Below the pieces are notes generated by a model. That model had not been told where the DNA came from. It did not search any database and saw only the letters and a list, made by a program, of their open reading frames with translations. Both the position numbers and the translations under genes were made by a program. 64,000 bases of DNA from a virus. This document shows, piece by piece, positions 9,993 to 18,938 of the stretch. Position 1 is the stretch's first letter; the number at the start of each line of letters is the position of its first letter. The stretch spans positions 80,481 through 144,480 of IMG/VR virus record IMGVR_UViG_3300046003_004989. The stretch is one strand, 5' to 3'.

Positions 9993-10409
9993 TTAATTTA
10001 TTTGTTCACGATTCCAAGTGTATTCTTTCACTTCACCGTTAATGTATTCTTTCCAAGTCTTCTTCCAAGGACCTGCTATTAATAATGTGACACAACCTCT
10101 AGGGGATTCACCTATGCAATGATAGGAATCTCGAGGAAAGTATCGTATAAATTGTGTTCTTTCTATTGTTGTAATTTCTCCAGTGGATTCATCATCCAAT
10201 ACATATTCTCTGTATCTCCCAAAAAGTTTGAAACTTAAAGCATTAAATGCATGAGTATGAAACCTATCTTGAAAATTATCACTTTTAACGAAATGAAAGA
10301 TGACTATACTAAAGAGCCACTTACATTCGAAAATAACATATTGGTGAATCTTCCGATTACCGAAGTTAAATGTGTTCTTATGTAAAAAACTTATTGCGTT
10401 ACTCTTCAT
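9993..10409 (-). CDS. Cupin-fold protein
   Basis: FHTHAF...GRYRE...YHCI...TLLIAGP cupin-like His motifs. Confidence 0.6.
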   Translation of the reverse strand: MKSNAISFLHKNTFNFGNRKIHQYVIFECKWLFSIVIFHFVKSDNFQDRFHTHAFNALSFKLFGRYREYVLDDESTGEITTIERTQFIRYFPRDSYHCIGESPRGCVTLLIAGPWKKTWKEYINGEVKEYTWNREQIN

Positions 10410-10791
10410 GGTTTTCTAAGTCCCAACAGATGTCAGTCAAAAAGTTTTCATCTGTTAGAGTTTTCATTAATTCGTTTTTATGTTGTCTATTGAATTGTTC
10501 AGCTTCTTCTAGCGTTTTATTTCCCCAAACCGTAACTTGATCGAAATGATTCAATCTAGCTAATCTGACTAATTCATTATAGTCTTCTTTTCTCAAATGC
10601 CCTTTAAGTGGCATAAGCCTACCTACGCAGGTATTCCACTTAAATTTTCTACCGTCGTAAGTAACCCAATAATAGTCCATATCATCTTCACCTACTGCTA
10701 CTAATCTTTCGATATCCCAACTGCAATTAATGACGAATTGTCCTTTTAGTTCTTCAAACTTCCGAATGATGAGTGTTTTATTATCTTCCAT
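10399..10791 (-). CDS. Hypothetical protein
   Basis: ORF overlapping neighbours in operon. Confidence 0.65.
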   Translation of the reverse strand: MEDNKTLIIRKFEELKGQFVINCSWDIERLVAVGEDDMDYYWVTYDGRKFKWNTCVGRLMPLKGHLRKEDYNELVRLARLNHFDQVTVWGNKTLEEAEQFNRQHKNELMKTLTDENFLTDICWDLENHEE

Positions 10792-11161
10792 ATTCGTATC
10801 TAGATGCTGTTTTATCTTTATATGTGATAGATTTGATCTCGTTTGGAGTAGACTTCTTGTACACTTCTTCTACAATATAAAGATTTTCCCATTCAACATT
10901 AGTGTTTTGCATAACCCATTGAGTGCTTTCATCCCATGTCATTTGACGAGTTTCGATAACTATACCCCATTGATCTGAGAATGATTGATCTGACTCAGCC
11001 ATCGCTTCAAACATCTCGATTGAAGGTTTTCTATAAGAAGTTTTACCGTCAGTTCGAGATACTAAGAGAGTTAACCCTATCGAATTATCTCTCTCGTAAG
11101 CATCGGAATAATCTTTGTAAGCTTTCTCAAGTAGATGATTGTATTGCATTTCAGTATTCAT
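10781..11161 (-). CDS. Hypothetical protein
   Basis: ORF in operon. Confidence 0.65.
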   Translation of the reverse strand: MNTEMQYNHLLEKAYKDYSDAYERDNSIGLTLLVSRTDGKTSYRKPSIEMFEAMAESDQSFSDQWGIVIETRQMTWDESTQWVMQNTNVEWENLYIVEEVYKKSTPNEIKSITYKDKTASRYEYGR

Positions 11162-11525
11162 TTATCTTCAAATTAAATTTTTCAAATATTTTTAGAGCTT
11201 CTTCGATACGGACTTTTATCCAAATAAAGACTTCACCGTAAGAATTGCTACCGATATTACATCCACCAAATTCCCAATAATCTTCTTCATTGCTTACATA
11301 AGATGCATTACGGAATGAAATGACCCAATGAGGTTTATTCGATTGTATAAGCTCATAAGCCTCTTCGTAAGTTAGCTTACTCGGTCTTCTTGTAGCATAT
11401 CCAGGATTGTCTATTGTGCTCTTTTCATCGACCCAAGAATCGAAAGATTTACTTAGAGCATAATCAAAAATCTCCTTCGGATCACTAGGGAGATTTTGAA
11501 TATTTGCATGTTTGTAAAGTCCCAT
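11151..11525 (-). CDS. Hypothetical protein
   Basis: ORF in operon. Confidence 0.65.
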   Translation of the reverse strand: MGLYKHANIQNLPSDPKEIFDYALSKSFDSWVDEKSTIDNPGYATRRPSKLTYEEAYELIQSNKPHWVISFRNASYVSNEEDYWEFGGCNIGSNSYGEVFIWIKVRIEEALKIFEKFNLKINEY

Positions 11526-11526
11526 C

Positions 11527-12804
11527 TTACTTTAATAAGTCTTTCCAAAATTCATCGTCGAAACCTTTGTCAGTTTCTGATGTCGATGTGATAATTACTT
11601 CACCTACAGGTTTTTCTGCAGAAGCTTTAGGTATTGCTGCTTTGAACAATCCAGATTCATTGAATGATTCTGCTTTGTCTTTTGTATATGTCGTACCTTC
11701 AAGAATTTTGTCTTTATTCATGATGGTATGTAACTCCATTGCAGAGAATGAATGCAATTTATTTGGAGTGATAGTCATAAACATTGCTTCGAGAATTTCT
11801 GCAGGAATACAATTTTTATGTAAGAAAACAAGATCTCGATTAAGTAACCATTTAGTACGAATTTCTGCAGGTTCTTTTTCAATTTTAATTACTCGTTTAG
11901 CAATTGAAACGATTTGATCGATGTATTCGTCGTTGAAAAAATGTGATTGATTAACGAAAACCTTATCATCCTTGAATTCGTTTAGAATTGTATTTGCGTG
12001 ATTATCAGTAACACCAAAACGTCTAGGACCTCCTTTAGTTTCTTTGATTACGACATGTAAAGGAGAAACGTTATCGCCCATATCCCCTATAAGAACTTTT
12101 CGGAATAAAAATTCATTAGTATTGACTTCGTCAAGTTTCATCTTATTCATTTTGATGATGTCCTTAAGGTGTTGTTTTGAGTTTGAAACGAGGTCGATAG
12201 GTAGATTGAAGATATCGTTTGTTGTATTGAAGTCTTCTTGATCTAACCAATTTTTAAAGCCAGGGAATACGTGCAAATCCTTATCGAATTTATTGTAGTA
12301 AAGTGTGTTTGCACCTGAGGAATTGTCTTTATTTACTAATTGAAGTAAGTCGTTATCTCCTGAGATAATCATTGCATTTTGACCTTGTTGATTAAGGTGA
12401 GCAGACCAAGCGAAGATTAAGTCATCGGCTTCGGCACCACGAACTCGAGAAACAATGATACCAAGTTTTTCGAGACCTGCAACGAATTCGTTATGAACTT
12501 CATAGATTTTATTCCAATCGATTTCAGAAGATTTTGTACGATTAGCTTTATACGTTTCGCCACCTGCATAGGTTTTTCGCCAAGATGATGAGTCGATAGT
12601 ATAGACGATTCGATTTGTAATTCCTTCGAATCTTTTAATTTCAGAAGCAAAGTCTACTGAAAGTTTCCAAAGAAGTAAGTTTTTATCTTCTTCAGGTTCG
12701 TCGATAAAATTGAATGGCTTGCCTTGCTTGATTTTTTGACCAATGAAGAAAGTTTTATGTAGCCAGAAGTTACCGTCGAAAATTAATGTGTATTTACCAG
12801 TCAT
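11527..12804 (-). CDS. rnh: RNase H / 5'-3' flap exonuclease (T4 rnh-like)
   Basis: LIFDGN, SWRK..YKANR, EADDLI, ISGDNDLLQL, GDMGDNV. Confidence 0.9.
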   Translation of the reverse strand: MTGKYTLIFDGNFWLHKTFFIGQKIKQGKPFNFIDEPEEDKNLLLWKLSVDFASEIKRFEGITNRIVYTIDSSSWRKTYAGGETYKANRTKSSEIDWNKIYEVHNEFVAGLEKLGIIVSRVRGAEADDLIFAWSAHLNQQGQNAMIISGDNDLLQLVNKDNSSGANTLYYNKFDKDLHVFPGFKNWLDQEDFNTTNDIFNLPIDLVSNSKQHLKDIIKMNKMKLDEVNTNEFLFRKVLIGDMGDNVSPLHVVIKETKGGPRRFGVTDNHANTILNEFKDDKVFVNQSHFFNDEYIDQIVSIAKRVIKIEKEPAEIRTKWLLNRDLVFLHKNCIPAEILEAMFMTITPNKLHSFSAMELHTIMNKDKILEGTTYTKDKAESFNESGLFKAAIPKASAEKPVGEVIITSTSETDKGFDDEFWKDLLK

Positions 12805-12848
12805 ATGTATACGATTTTTTAGTTTTATGCAGAATTTGATTCGTGGTT

Positions 12849-12992
12849 TTATCTGTCTGCTAATCTTTTGAAGACATCGATATTTTGATCGATCTTAACG
12901 AACAATTCTTTCATTTTGTCATCTAAGAATTTTTTGTACTCAGCGTCGTTTTTGAAACGGCTTTTATCGTAGTTTAATTTTTGTTTTGCCAT
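12849..12992 (-). CDS. Small protein (47 aa) missed by ORF track
   Basis: Manual translation MAKQKLNYDKSRFKNDAEYKKFLDDKMKELFVKIDQNIDVFKRLADR. Confidence 0.55.
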   Translation of the reverse strand: MAKQKLNYDKSRFKNDAEYKKFLDDKMKELFVKIDQNIDVFKRLADR

Positions 12993-13290
12993 TGTTCGTT
13001 GGAGTTGAAGTTATTGTTTGAACGTTTTTCGGAGTATAGTAGAATTGTAGATTTGAATCCATTGTTACGAAGTCTTCTGGAAACATATTAAAGTCGTAAA
13101 GATTATTTTTGTTGTTTTCTACTAACTTATTGAAGTATCTTAAGTACATAAAACCGTAACGATGTTGAGGAATACAAAATACAAAAACACATAGAGCATT
13201 TTTATGAGAACCTTTAGTAACTTTTACAATGTCACCTAATTCGATTTGATTGTTGTTTTGATCAGTAAAATGTAATGGATTGAATTGCAT
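12964..13290 (-). CDS. Hypothetical early protein (KOW/YopX-like start)
   Basis: DQNNNQIELGDIVKV; directly downstream of early promoter. Confidence 0.6.
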   Translation of the reverse strand: MQFNPLHFTDQNNNQIELGDIVKVTKGSHKNALCVFVFCIPQHRYGFMYLRYFNKLVENNKNNLYDFNMFPEDFVTMDSNLQFYYTPKNVQTITSTPTNNGKTKIKLR

Positions 13291-13303
13291 AATTGAATTG
13301 TTT

Positions 13304-13383
13304 TAATTTGATATACAAATATAATACAAAAACTCGACATTAAAAAATGCCGAGTCAATTATTTTCAAAAAGTTATTAACAAT
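13304..13383 (-). promoter_or_regulatory. Early (host-RNAP) promoter, copy 1
   Basis: ATTGTTAATAACTTTT ... TTATATTTGTATATCAAATTA; contains the Bacteroidota -7 element TAnnTTTG; repeated three times in window. Confidence 0.75.
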
Positions 13384-13611
13384 TTAAGCCCAAAAGTTAT
13401 CATATCCGTTTTGATATGATTCCTGAAGCTGAGGTGTAATTGTTATGTGAGTGTATGCTTTTGGTACATTTAGATGCTCACAAGCTCTATCGATTGCTCC
13501 TTCATAATAGGCACAATCTAATAAGAAGTGAGAATCTCTAAACCAATTAGCTACTCCGTTTTTGTAGACTTCAATTACTCTGTCTAGTCTTTCTTGTGTG
13601 ATGTTTTCCAT
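13384..13611 (-). CDS. Hypothetical protein
   Basis: 75-aa ORF. Confidence 0.55.
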   Translation of the reverse strand: MENITQERLDRVIEVYKNGVANWFRDSHFLLDCAYYEGAIDRACEHLNVPKAYTHITITPQLQESYQNGYDNFWA

Positions 13612-13616
13612 ATTCT

Positions 13617-14138
13617 TTATATGATGATTATAACTCTTATTCTTTGACCTATAATAGCTCCACCGTACTTATAATCAATTTCAATATCTCCATTTGAAAC
13701 ATTTACTCTTGTATTATTTGATGGTACTCCAGTTGAAACTATAGAACCTTCAGTCATAATATGATTCCATTGTGTAGCACCGGCAATAAATGACCACATT
13801 GATATACTCATATCAGGAAACTGTGGAATATCATTACCTGCTAATCCACCTGCTGGAGGAGTTAGTATAATTCCAGGATTCAAACCATCAGGAGAAACAG
13901 CAGCTAATAATTCAGATCGAGTAATTGTCAAAGTTGTAGGTCCTAAAGGGAAAAACTCTTTTACGAATTTAATTGGAGAAGAAGTTGAACCTGCAGATCC
14001 AGCAGATCCAGCTGGTCCGGTTGGACCGATAGAACCTGTAGGACCGACTAGACCTAGGGTTGATATGTCTATCGGATTTCCGAAATAATCTACGAATCTA
14101 CCGTTTTCGATAAAAACTGCGTTGGAACTTGATGGCAT
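13617..14138 (-). CDS. Protein with short collagen-like G-x-y run (possible structural/fibre accessory)
   Basis: GLVGPTGSIGPTGPAGSAGSAGST. Confidence 0.55.
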   Translation of the reverse strand: MPSSSNAVFIENGRFVDYFGNPIDISTLGLVGPTGSIGPTGPAGSAGSAGSTSSPIKFVKEFFPLGPTTLTITRSELLAAVSPDGLNPGIILTPPAGGLAGNDIPQFPDMSISMWSFIAGATQWNHIMTEGSIVSTGVPSNNTRVNVSNGDIEIDYKYGGAIIGQRIRVIIII

Positions 14139-15094
14139 TAATTTGTACGAACTATATTTTGTATTTTATATATCAGTGATAGCATCGTTACTACTGGATC
14201 GATTACGAAACGAAGTTCGTATGAATGCTTATTTACTTCATAGCAAATTTCACCTGCTTTACGCATTAATTGAGGTCTTTCTAATTGTACATATTCAATG
14301 AAGTCAGTTCCCATTGCTTGAATTACGTCATCTACTTTTGATGAGTAATTTGAAACGAGATATTGATAGTTTTTTACTTCATCGTTTTGTGGATTGAAAA
14401 CATGTTCGTAAAGATCTTTGAATACTCCATGAAATTTCTTAACGTCATCGGCAGTAATTTTAGTCTTACCTTCGGCATGATAGCCTTGCAAAACATTAAT
14501 TGTCGAACGTAAGTCTGGGAATTTTCTACGAACAAGTTCAATTAAAGCATCTTTTTCGATATCCATGCCTTCACCTTTAATGATGTCATAGACACGTTTA
14601 AAGTATTTCTTTTCAATTTCTGCTTCTTCTGCTTCGGAAAAATCGAAGTTAAAGCATTCAAAACGAGATTGGATGTTATCAGGAATCTTATTGATGTAAT
14701 TACAAGTTGCAACGAATCTAGCAGTTTTTTCAAATTGCTCGATAGTTCCACGAAGTGCTTTCATATATTGATCAGATACTCCATCGAACTCATCTAATAT
14801 GACAACCTTAAGTTTCTTTTCGCCATCAATAACAGACAACGTAGAACAAAATTCCATAATCTTAGTACGAACAGTATCAACTCCTGTTTCAACTGAACAG
14901 TTAATGTACATATATGGATTGTCACCTGCAATAACTTTAGCAGTTGATGTTTTTCCAGTTCCTGGAGATCCATGGAATAAGAAGTTCATATACAAACCAT
15001 TGCTTAGTTTGGTTGCGATTCTTTCTGGAAGAATCAATTCATCTAAAGTAGAAGGACGATATCTTTCAGTCCACAGAGCTTTTTTTGGATTCAT
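14138..15094 (-). CDS. gp44: Clamp loader large subunit (RFC-like AAA+)
   Basis: LWTERYRP, GSPGTGKT, VILDEFD, SRF. Confidence 0.93.
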   Translation of the reverse strand: MNPKKALWTERYRPSTLDELILPERIATKLSNGLYMNFLFHGSPGTGKTSTAKVIAGDNPYMYINCSVETGVDTVRTKIMEFCSTLSVIDGEKKLKVVILDEFDGVSDQYMKALRGTIEQFEKTARFVATCNYINKIPDNIQSRFECFNFDFSEAEEAEIEKKYFKRVYDIIKGEGMDIEKDALIELVRRKFPDLRSTINVLQGYHAEGKTKITADDVKKFHGVFKDLYEHVFNPQNDEVKNYQYLVSNYSSKVDDVIQAMGTDFIEYVQLERPQLMRKAGEICYEVNKHSYELRFVIDPVVTMLSLIYKIQNIVRTN

Positions 15095-15152
15095 GCTTAA
15101 ATTGTCTTTTTTAATTATATGTCGGAAATTGCTTTATAGATCACAAATGACA

Positions 15153-15566
15153 TTACTTGAGTGTAATGTCATTTTCTATTTGTTGAAGATTGAGAACCGT
15201 TCGGCTATCATACTTGGATTCTATTACGGTAGTTCGTTTTTCTAAAGCTCTATCAAAAGCTTCTTTAATTGAATCCATTCTACCGTTCGGTAGCCAGACG
15301 TAATATGAGAATTTACCATTAGTGATGGTAACCGCATTACCTGAGAATCGGATAAGGTAATTGCTGTTTTCTATGTAATTTGTACCTGAAAGAGGTGCAG
15401 GAACTAGAAGAGAATTCGGATGAGCGATTAGCTTCCTCGTAATTGAAAAGGCTTTTAGTTGAACTTCTGATAGCTTTTCTTCTTTCGAATCCATTATTGA
15501 TTTTAGCTTTCTTCGAAACTTTCGAAGAAACAGAAAGAAACGATTGCTGGTTTTAGATGATTTCAT
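15153..15566 (-). CDS. Hypothetical protein
   Basis: 137-aa ORF. Confidence 0.6.
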   Translation of the reverse strand: MKSSKTSNRFFLFLRKFRRKLKSIMDSKEEKLSEVQLKAFSITRKLIAHPNSLLVPAPLSGTNYIENSNYLIRFSGNAVTITNGKFSYYVWLPNGRMDSIKEAFDRALEKRTTVIESKYDSRTVLNLQQIENDITLK

Positions 15567-15581
15567 ATGAGAGATTTGAGA

Positions 15582-15782
15582 TTATTCGATACAAGTTAGG
15601 ATAGCAAAAATTAAGGTTAAGACACTTGCCATCATGAAGAATCCTATTTCGTTAAGAGTTCCAGCAAAGTGAATGTGACTCTGTAAGTCACCAGTAAGAG
15701 TAGTGTAGGTTATGATAGCACATAAGAATGTTGCTAATAAATAACCGAATCTTTTGATTGATTTTGTTGTTTGAATTGTCAT
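15582..15782 (-). CDS. Small two-TM membrane protein, early
   Basis: Two hydrophobic segments; directly downstream of early promoter copy 2. Confidence 0.55.
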   Translation of the reverse strand: MTIQTTKSIKRFGYLLATFLCAIITYTTLTGDLQSHIHFAGTLNEIGFFMMASVLTLIFAILTCIE

Positions 15783-15798
15783 AGTTTTACCTTTTGAT

Positions 15799-15867
15799 TA
15801 ATTTGATATACAAATATAATACATTTTTTTGAAATAAAAAAATTTTTACAAAAAAGTTATTAACAAT
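15799..15867 (-). promoter_or_regulatory. Early (host-RNAP) promoter, copy 2
   Basis: Same two boxes as 13304-13383. Confidence 0.75.
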
Positions 15868-15928
15868 TTTTCAACACTGCCAAAAATGCGAAGAATCCAA
15901 ATAAATAAACAAAAAACTTAACACAGAC

Positions 15929-16390
15929 ATGGCATTTGTTCCTTATCATCAACATCTCCTCATTAAAGCTTACTGTAAGAATCCTATTCGTTCGGCAGCT
16001 GTATTAAATGAGTGGTTCAAGCAATTGGTAAACAAAGTCGGTATGGTTGTAGTTGCAGGTCCCACCTCAGTATACGTGGATGAACCTGGAAACGAAGGAC
16101 TAACCGGTACAGTAACCCTTGCAACTTCGCATGCATCGATCCATATTTGGGACGAATCTCAACCAGCAATGCTACAATTTGACATCTATTCTTGTAAGAA
16201 GTATGACATTCAAATTGTTATCGATCACTTAAATGAAATGGATTTAATTTCGTTCGATTGGATGACTATTGATAGAAATGACGGTATTGAAGTATCAGAT
16301 TTTGGTACAGGTATCGAATCTACTTACACGTCAACATCAGCTCTTAAAAGATTAGACAATCTAACAGAGTACCATCAAGATGAAGAGTAA
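15929..16390 (+). CDS. speD: S-adenosylmethionine decarboxylase proenzyme (class I, pyruvoyl)
   Basis: HLLI, GLTGTVTLATSHASIHIW (self-cleavage SH motif), FDIYSCK. Confidence 0.85.
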   Translation: MAFVPYHQHLLIKAYCKNPIRSAAVLNEWFKQLVNKVGMVVVAGPTSVYVDEPGNEGLTGTVTLATSHASIHIWDESQPAMLQFDIYSCKKYDIQIVIDHLNEMDLISFDWMTIDRNDGIEVSDFGTGIESTYTSTSALKRLDNLTEYHQDEE

Positions 16391-16405
16391 TTTTTTAACT
16401 ATACA

Positions 16406-16440
16406 CGAAAAGGTCAGTATTTCTACTGACCTTTCGTTTT
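16406..16440. terminator. Terminator hairpin between convergent genes
   Basis: CGAAAAGGTCAGTA-TTTC-TACTGACCTTTCG-TTTT. Confidence 0.75.
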
Positions 16441-16454
16441 GAAGTATTTCTCGA

Positions 16455-16955
16455 TTAGCTAAATTTTGTCTCTCTAGCTTTTCTTTCTTTGATATTTGTT
16501 ACAGCCTTTTGAAGTTTCATAACTGTTTGTTTTGCTTGTAGCAAATCAATTTCTGCTTTAGTTACATCAGCGTCTTCAGGTTTTTCTTTCAGTTTTGTAT
16601 ATAGCTTAGCCATATTTTCTTTCATCTTAGCTTCTGCTTCTTTCTCTCTTCTCATTTTTTCCTCTTTAGTAGCATTTTCATTTACTGTTGATTCTGTAGT
16701 ATTAGTGAAAAAATGAGTAACTTGATCTAAATTTTCATTAGCAACTGAAATGTGATCTTCTGCCCAATCATGTCCATTTTTAAGTATTTCATCCATTTTA
16801 TTAGGATCCATAGCTAAAAGAGTTTCAACATTTTTCTTGATGCTTTTTAGATTTCCGAAAACCATGTAGTTTTCTGGTTTTCCTCCGATCGGAGCTTGTA
16901 AAGCTGCTTCATTAACGTATTCGTCGAATGAGTATATGTTTTTAAGTGTTTTCAT
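16455..16955 (-). CDS. Hypothetical, CTS-like leader
   Basis: MKTLKNIYSFDEYVNEA; GHDWAEDHIS motif. Confidence 0.7.
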   Translation of the reverse strand: MKTLKNIYSFDEYVNEAALQAPIGGKPENYMVFGNLKSIKKNVETLLAMDPNKMDEILKNGHDWAEDHISVANENLDQVTHFFTNTTESTVNENATKEEKMRREKEAEAKMKENMAKLYTKLKEKPEDADVTKAEIDLLQAKQTVMKLQKAVTNIKERKARETKFS

Positions 16956-16960
16956 TTTGA

Positions 16961-18454
16961 TTATTTCTTTTCTGATTCAAATTTGATACCTGCATGACTA
17001 ACTCCTTTAGATTTACCTGCATGATATTCGCCATCAAATGATGTTACCATGAAAGTTTTGTAAGGAGAAACTGAACAACCGATTCTTTCCATGAATTTAC
17101 GATTAGCAAGGAATTTAGTAGATTTTTCTTTTCTGTCTACTAGAGAAACGTGTACATCTTTATAAGTTTTACCACCGAAAGAAACTTCCATTTCGATGAT
17201 GGGACGATTATGAATATCATCACCTACTTCGGTATTTGCAAAGCCTATAACTTTTGATTCGAATGAATTATTACCAAGTTTCCACTTTACAGTTTTTTCA
17301 TCTTCAGATAATTTAACTTCGTCATATGTTAGAGAACAAGACATAGAGCCATTACCAGTGTCGAATTTAGCAACAATATCACCAATTCCAGGGATTGTGA
17401 TAACTTCTCGGAAACCAATAACTCTCTTAGAACGAATCCAATTTGCTTTATCTGATATGAAGTCTATTACATCAGAAACAACATCAATACCTGTAGCTTT
17501 TTTCAAACCGTGAGTTCCTGGAGAAGCATTAACTTCTAGAACATAGTTTTTACCGGTTTTCTTATCAACAATAATGTCAACTCCACACCAGTTACAACCT
17601 ACTGCTTTAGCTGATTCGATTGCTATTCTTTCTTGTTCAGGAGTAACTTTAGTTTTTTCTACGGTACCACCTAAAGAATAATTTGTACGGAAGTCTTTCT
17701 TAACTCGATTTCTTCTCATATATCCAAGAAGAACCGAATCAGTGTCTTGTGGAGTAGGAGAATTGAAACGTCTAGTTAAAACGTGAATACGTAAGTCATA
17801 TTCAGAGTCTATTTTTTCTTGAATAAGAGTTTCAATATTTGGTTGTACTTTCCAAAGAGTTTGAAGTACAGATTTCAAAGAAGCGAGAGAATCAACGATT
17901 GATACACCAATACCTTGAGATCCAGAAAGTAATTTGAGGACTACTGGAAATTGTCCACCAATTGCTTTAACAGCTCCATCAATCGATTCTTCGGAATCAA
18001 CAATTGCCATTTTAGGGACAGGAATACCTGCATCCATTAGAATTTTAGAAGTAACGTATTTGTTTTCACAAGCAAGAACTGATTCTAATGTGTTAACTAC
18101 GAAGAAGTTTGCATCTTCCAATTGAGAAACCAAATCTCTTGTGAAAGTACTTCTTACAATACCACGTCTAGTTAGGATTGCTGTGTCTTCAGAATCTATC
18201 TTAAATGGTTTTTTAGTTTTGTCAACTATTATGAATCCATTACCATCTTTGTCAGGTACTAGATTTGCAGTATTGATGTCAATTATACGGAATTGTACAC
18301 CTCTCTTTTTACATTCAGCTTCAACTGCTGGAACTGTGTAAGATTCTTCACTAATATTAGATAGAAGAACAAGTTTTACTTTTTGTTTCTTCGCTGAGGT
18401 TTTAACTGCCTCATTGATTACGAATTCATCAAAGTATGCTAGACGATTTTTCAT
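16961..18454 (-). CDS. rimK: RimK-family ATP-grasp ligase fused to RimB-like retropepsin protease, with CTS-like leader
   Basis: NKY, FPVVLK..GSQGIGV, IQE, DLRI, DFRTNYSLGG, CGVDI, VLEVNASPG; C-terminal IGFRE..AKFDTGNG..RP..SLVDR..LANR. Confidence 0.88.
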   Translation of the reverse strand: MKNRLAYFDEFVINEAVKTSAKKQKVKLVLLSNISEESYTVPAVEAECKKRGVQFRIIDINTANLVPDKDGNGFIIVDKTKKPFKIDSEDTAILTRRGIVRSTFTRDLVSQLEDANFFVVNTLESVLACENKYVTSKILMDAGIPVPKMAIVDSEESIDGAVKAIGGQFPVVLKLLSGSQGIGVSIVDSLASLKSVLQTLWKVQPNIETLIQEKIDSEYDLRIHVLTRRFNSPTPQDTDSVLLGYMRRNRVKKDFRTNYSLGGTVEKTKVTPEQERIAIESAKAVGCNWCGVDIIVDKKTGKNYVLEVNASPGTHGLKKATGIDVVSDVIDFISDKANWIRSKRVIGFREVITIPGIGDIVAKFDTGNGSMSCSLTYDEVKLSEDEKTVKWKLGNNSFESKVIGFANTEVGDDIHNRPIIEMEVSFGGKTYKDVHVSLVDRKEKSTKFLANRKFMERIGCSVSPYKTFMVTSFDGEYHAGKSKGVSHAGIKFESEKK

Positions 18455-18938
18455 TTTTGCGTATATATTTTAGGAATGATTTCTGATTATCTATCATCAT
18501 CCTCTTGCAATTTTCTGTGAAAGCCAAAGATGATTCAATTACTCTCTGATCGATTCTTTCCGAACCTTTAAGATAGTATTTGAAGCACTTTTCGCAAGTA
18601 AAATTACTAGGAACGAATGTGTCAATTCTGGATTTTATTGGAGTAGTACAATAAGCACAATGCCAAGAAAAAATCCTATATGAATCTTTCACTGCATTAT
18701 ACTGTTGGACCTCTCTTGACTCTGGTTGAATCGAAGGACGGGTAGAATGAGATACACTTATCCTCCCATCTTCCAATCTAAAAATGGCCTGTAAGAACCT
18801 GTCATCATCAGCGTACTTCTTAATGACTGGATTTTCTTTCAAAACCTTTTGATATCTAGGAGCAAGACCTCTCAAAACAATTCCATGCTTTGTAGGAGTC
18901 TTGCCTTTATTTTGTCTTTTTATTTCAATCTTAGCCAT
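18429..18938 (-). CDS. Hypothetical Zn-finger protein
   Basis: CAYC...CEKC. Confidence 0.6.
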   Translation of the reverse strand: MAKIEIKRQNKGKTPTKHGIVLRGLAPRYQKVLKENPVIKKYADDDRFLQAIFRLEDGRISVSHSTRPSIQPESREVQQYNAVKDSYRIFSWHCAYCTTPIKSRIDTFVPSNFTCEKCFKYYLKGSERIDQRVIESSLAFTENCKRMMIDNQKSFLKYIRKNEKSSSIL

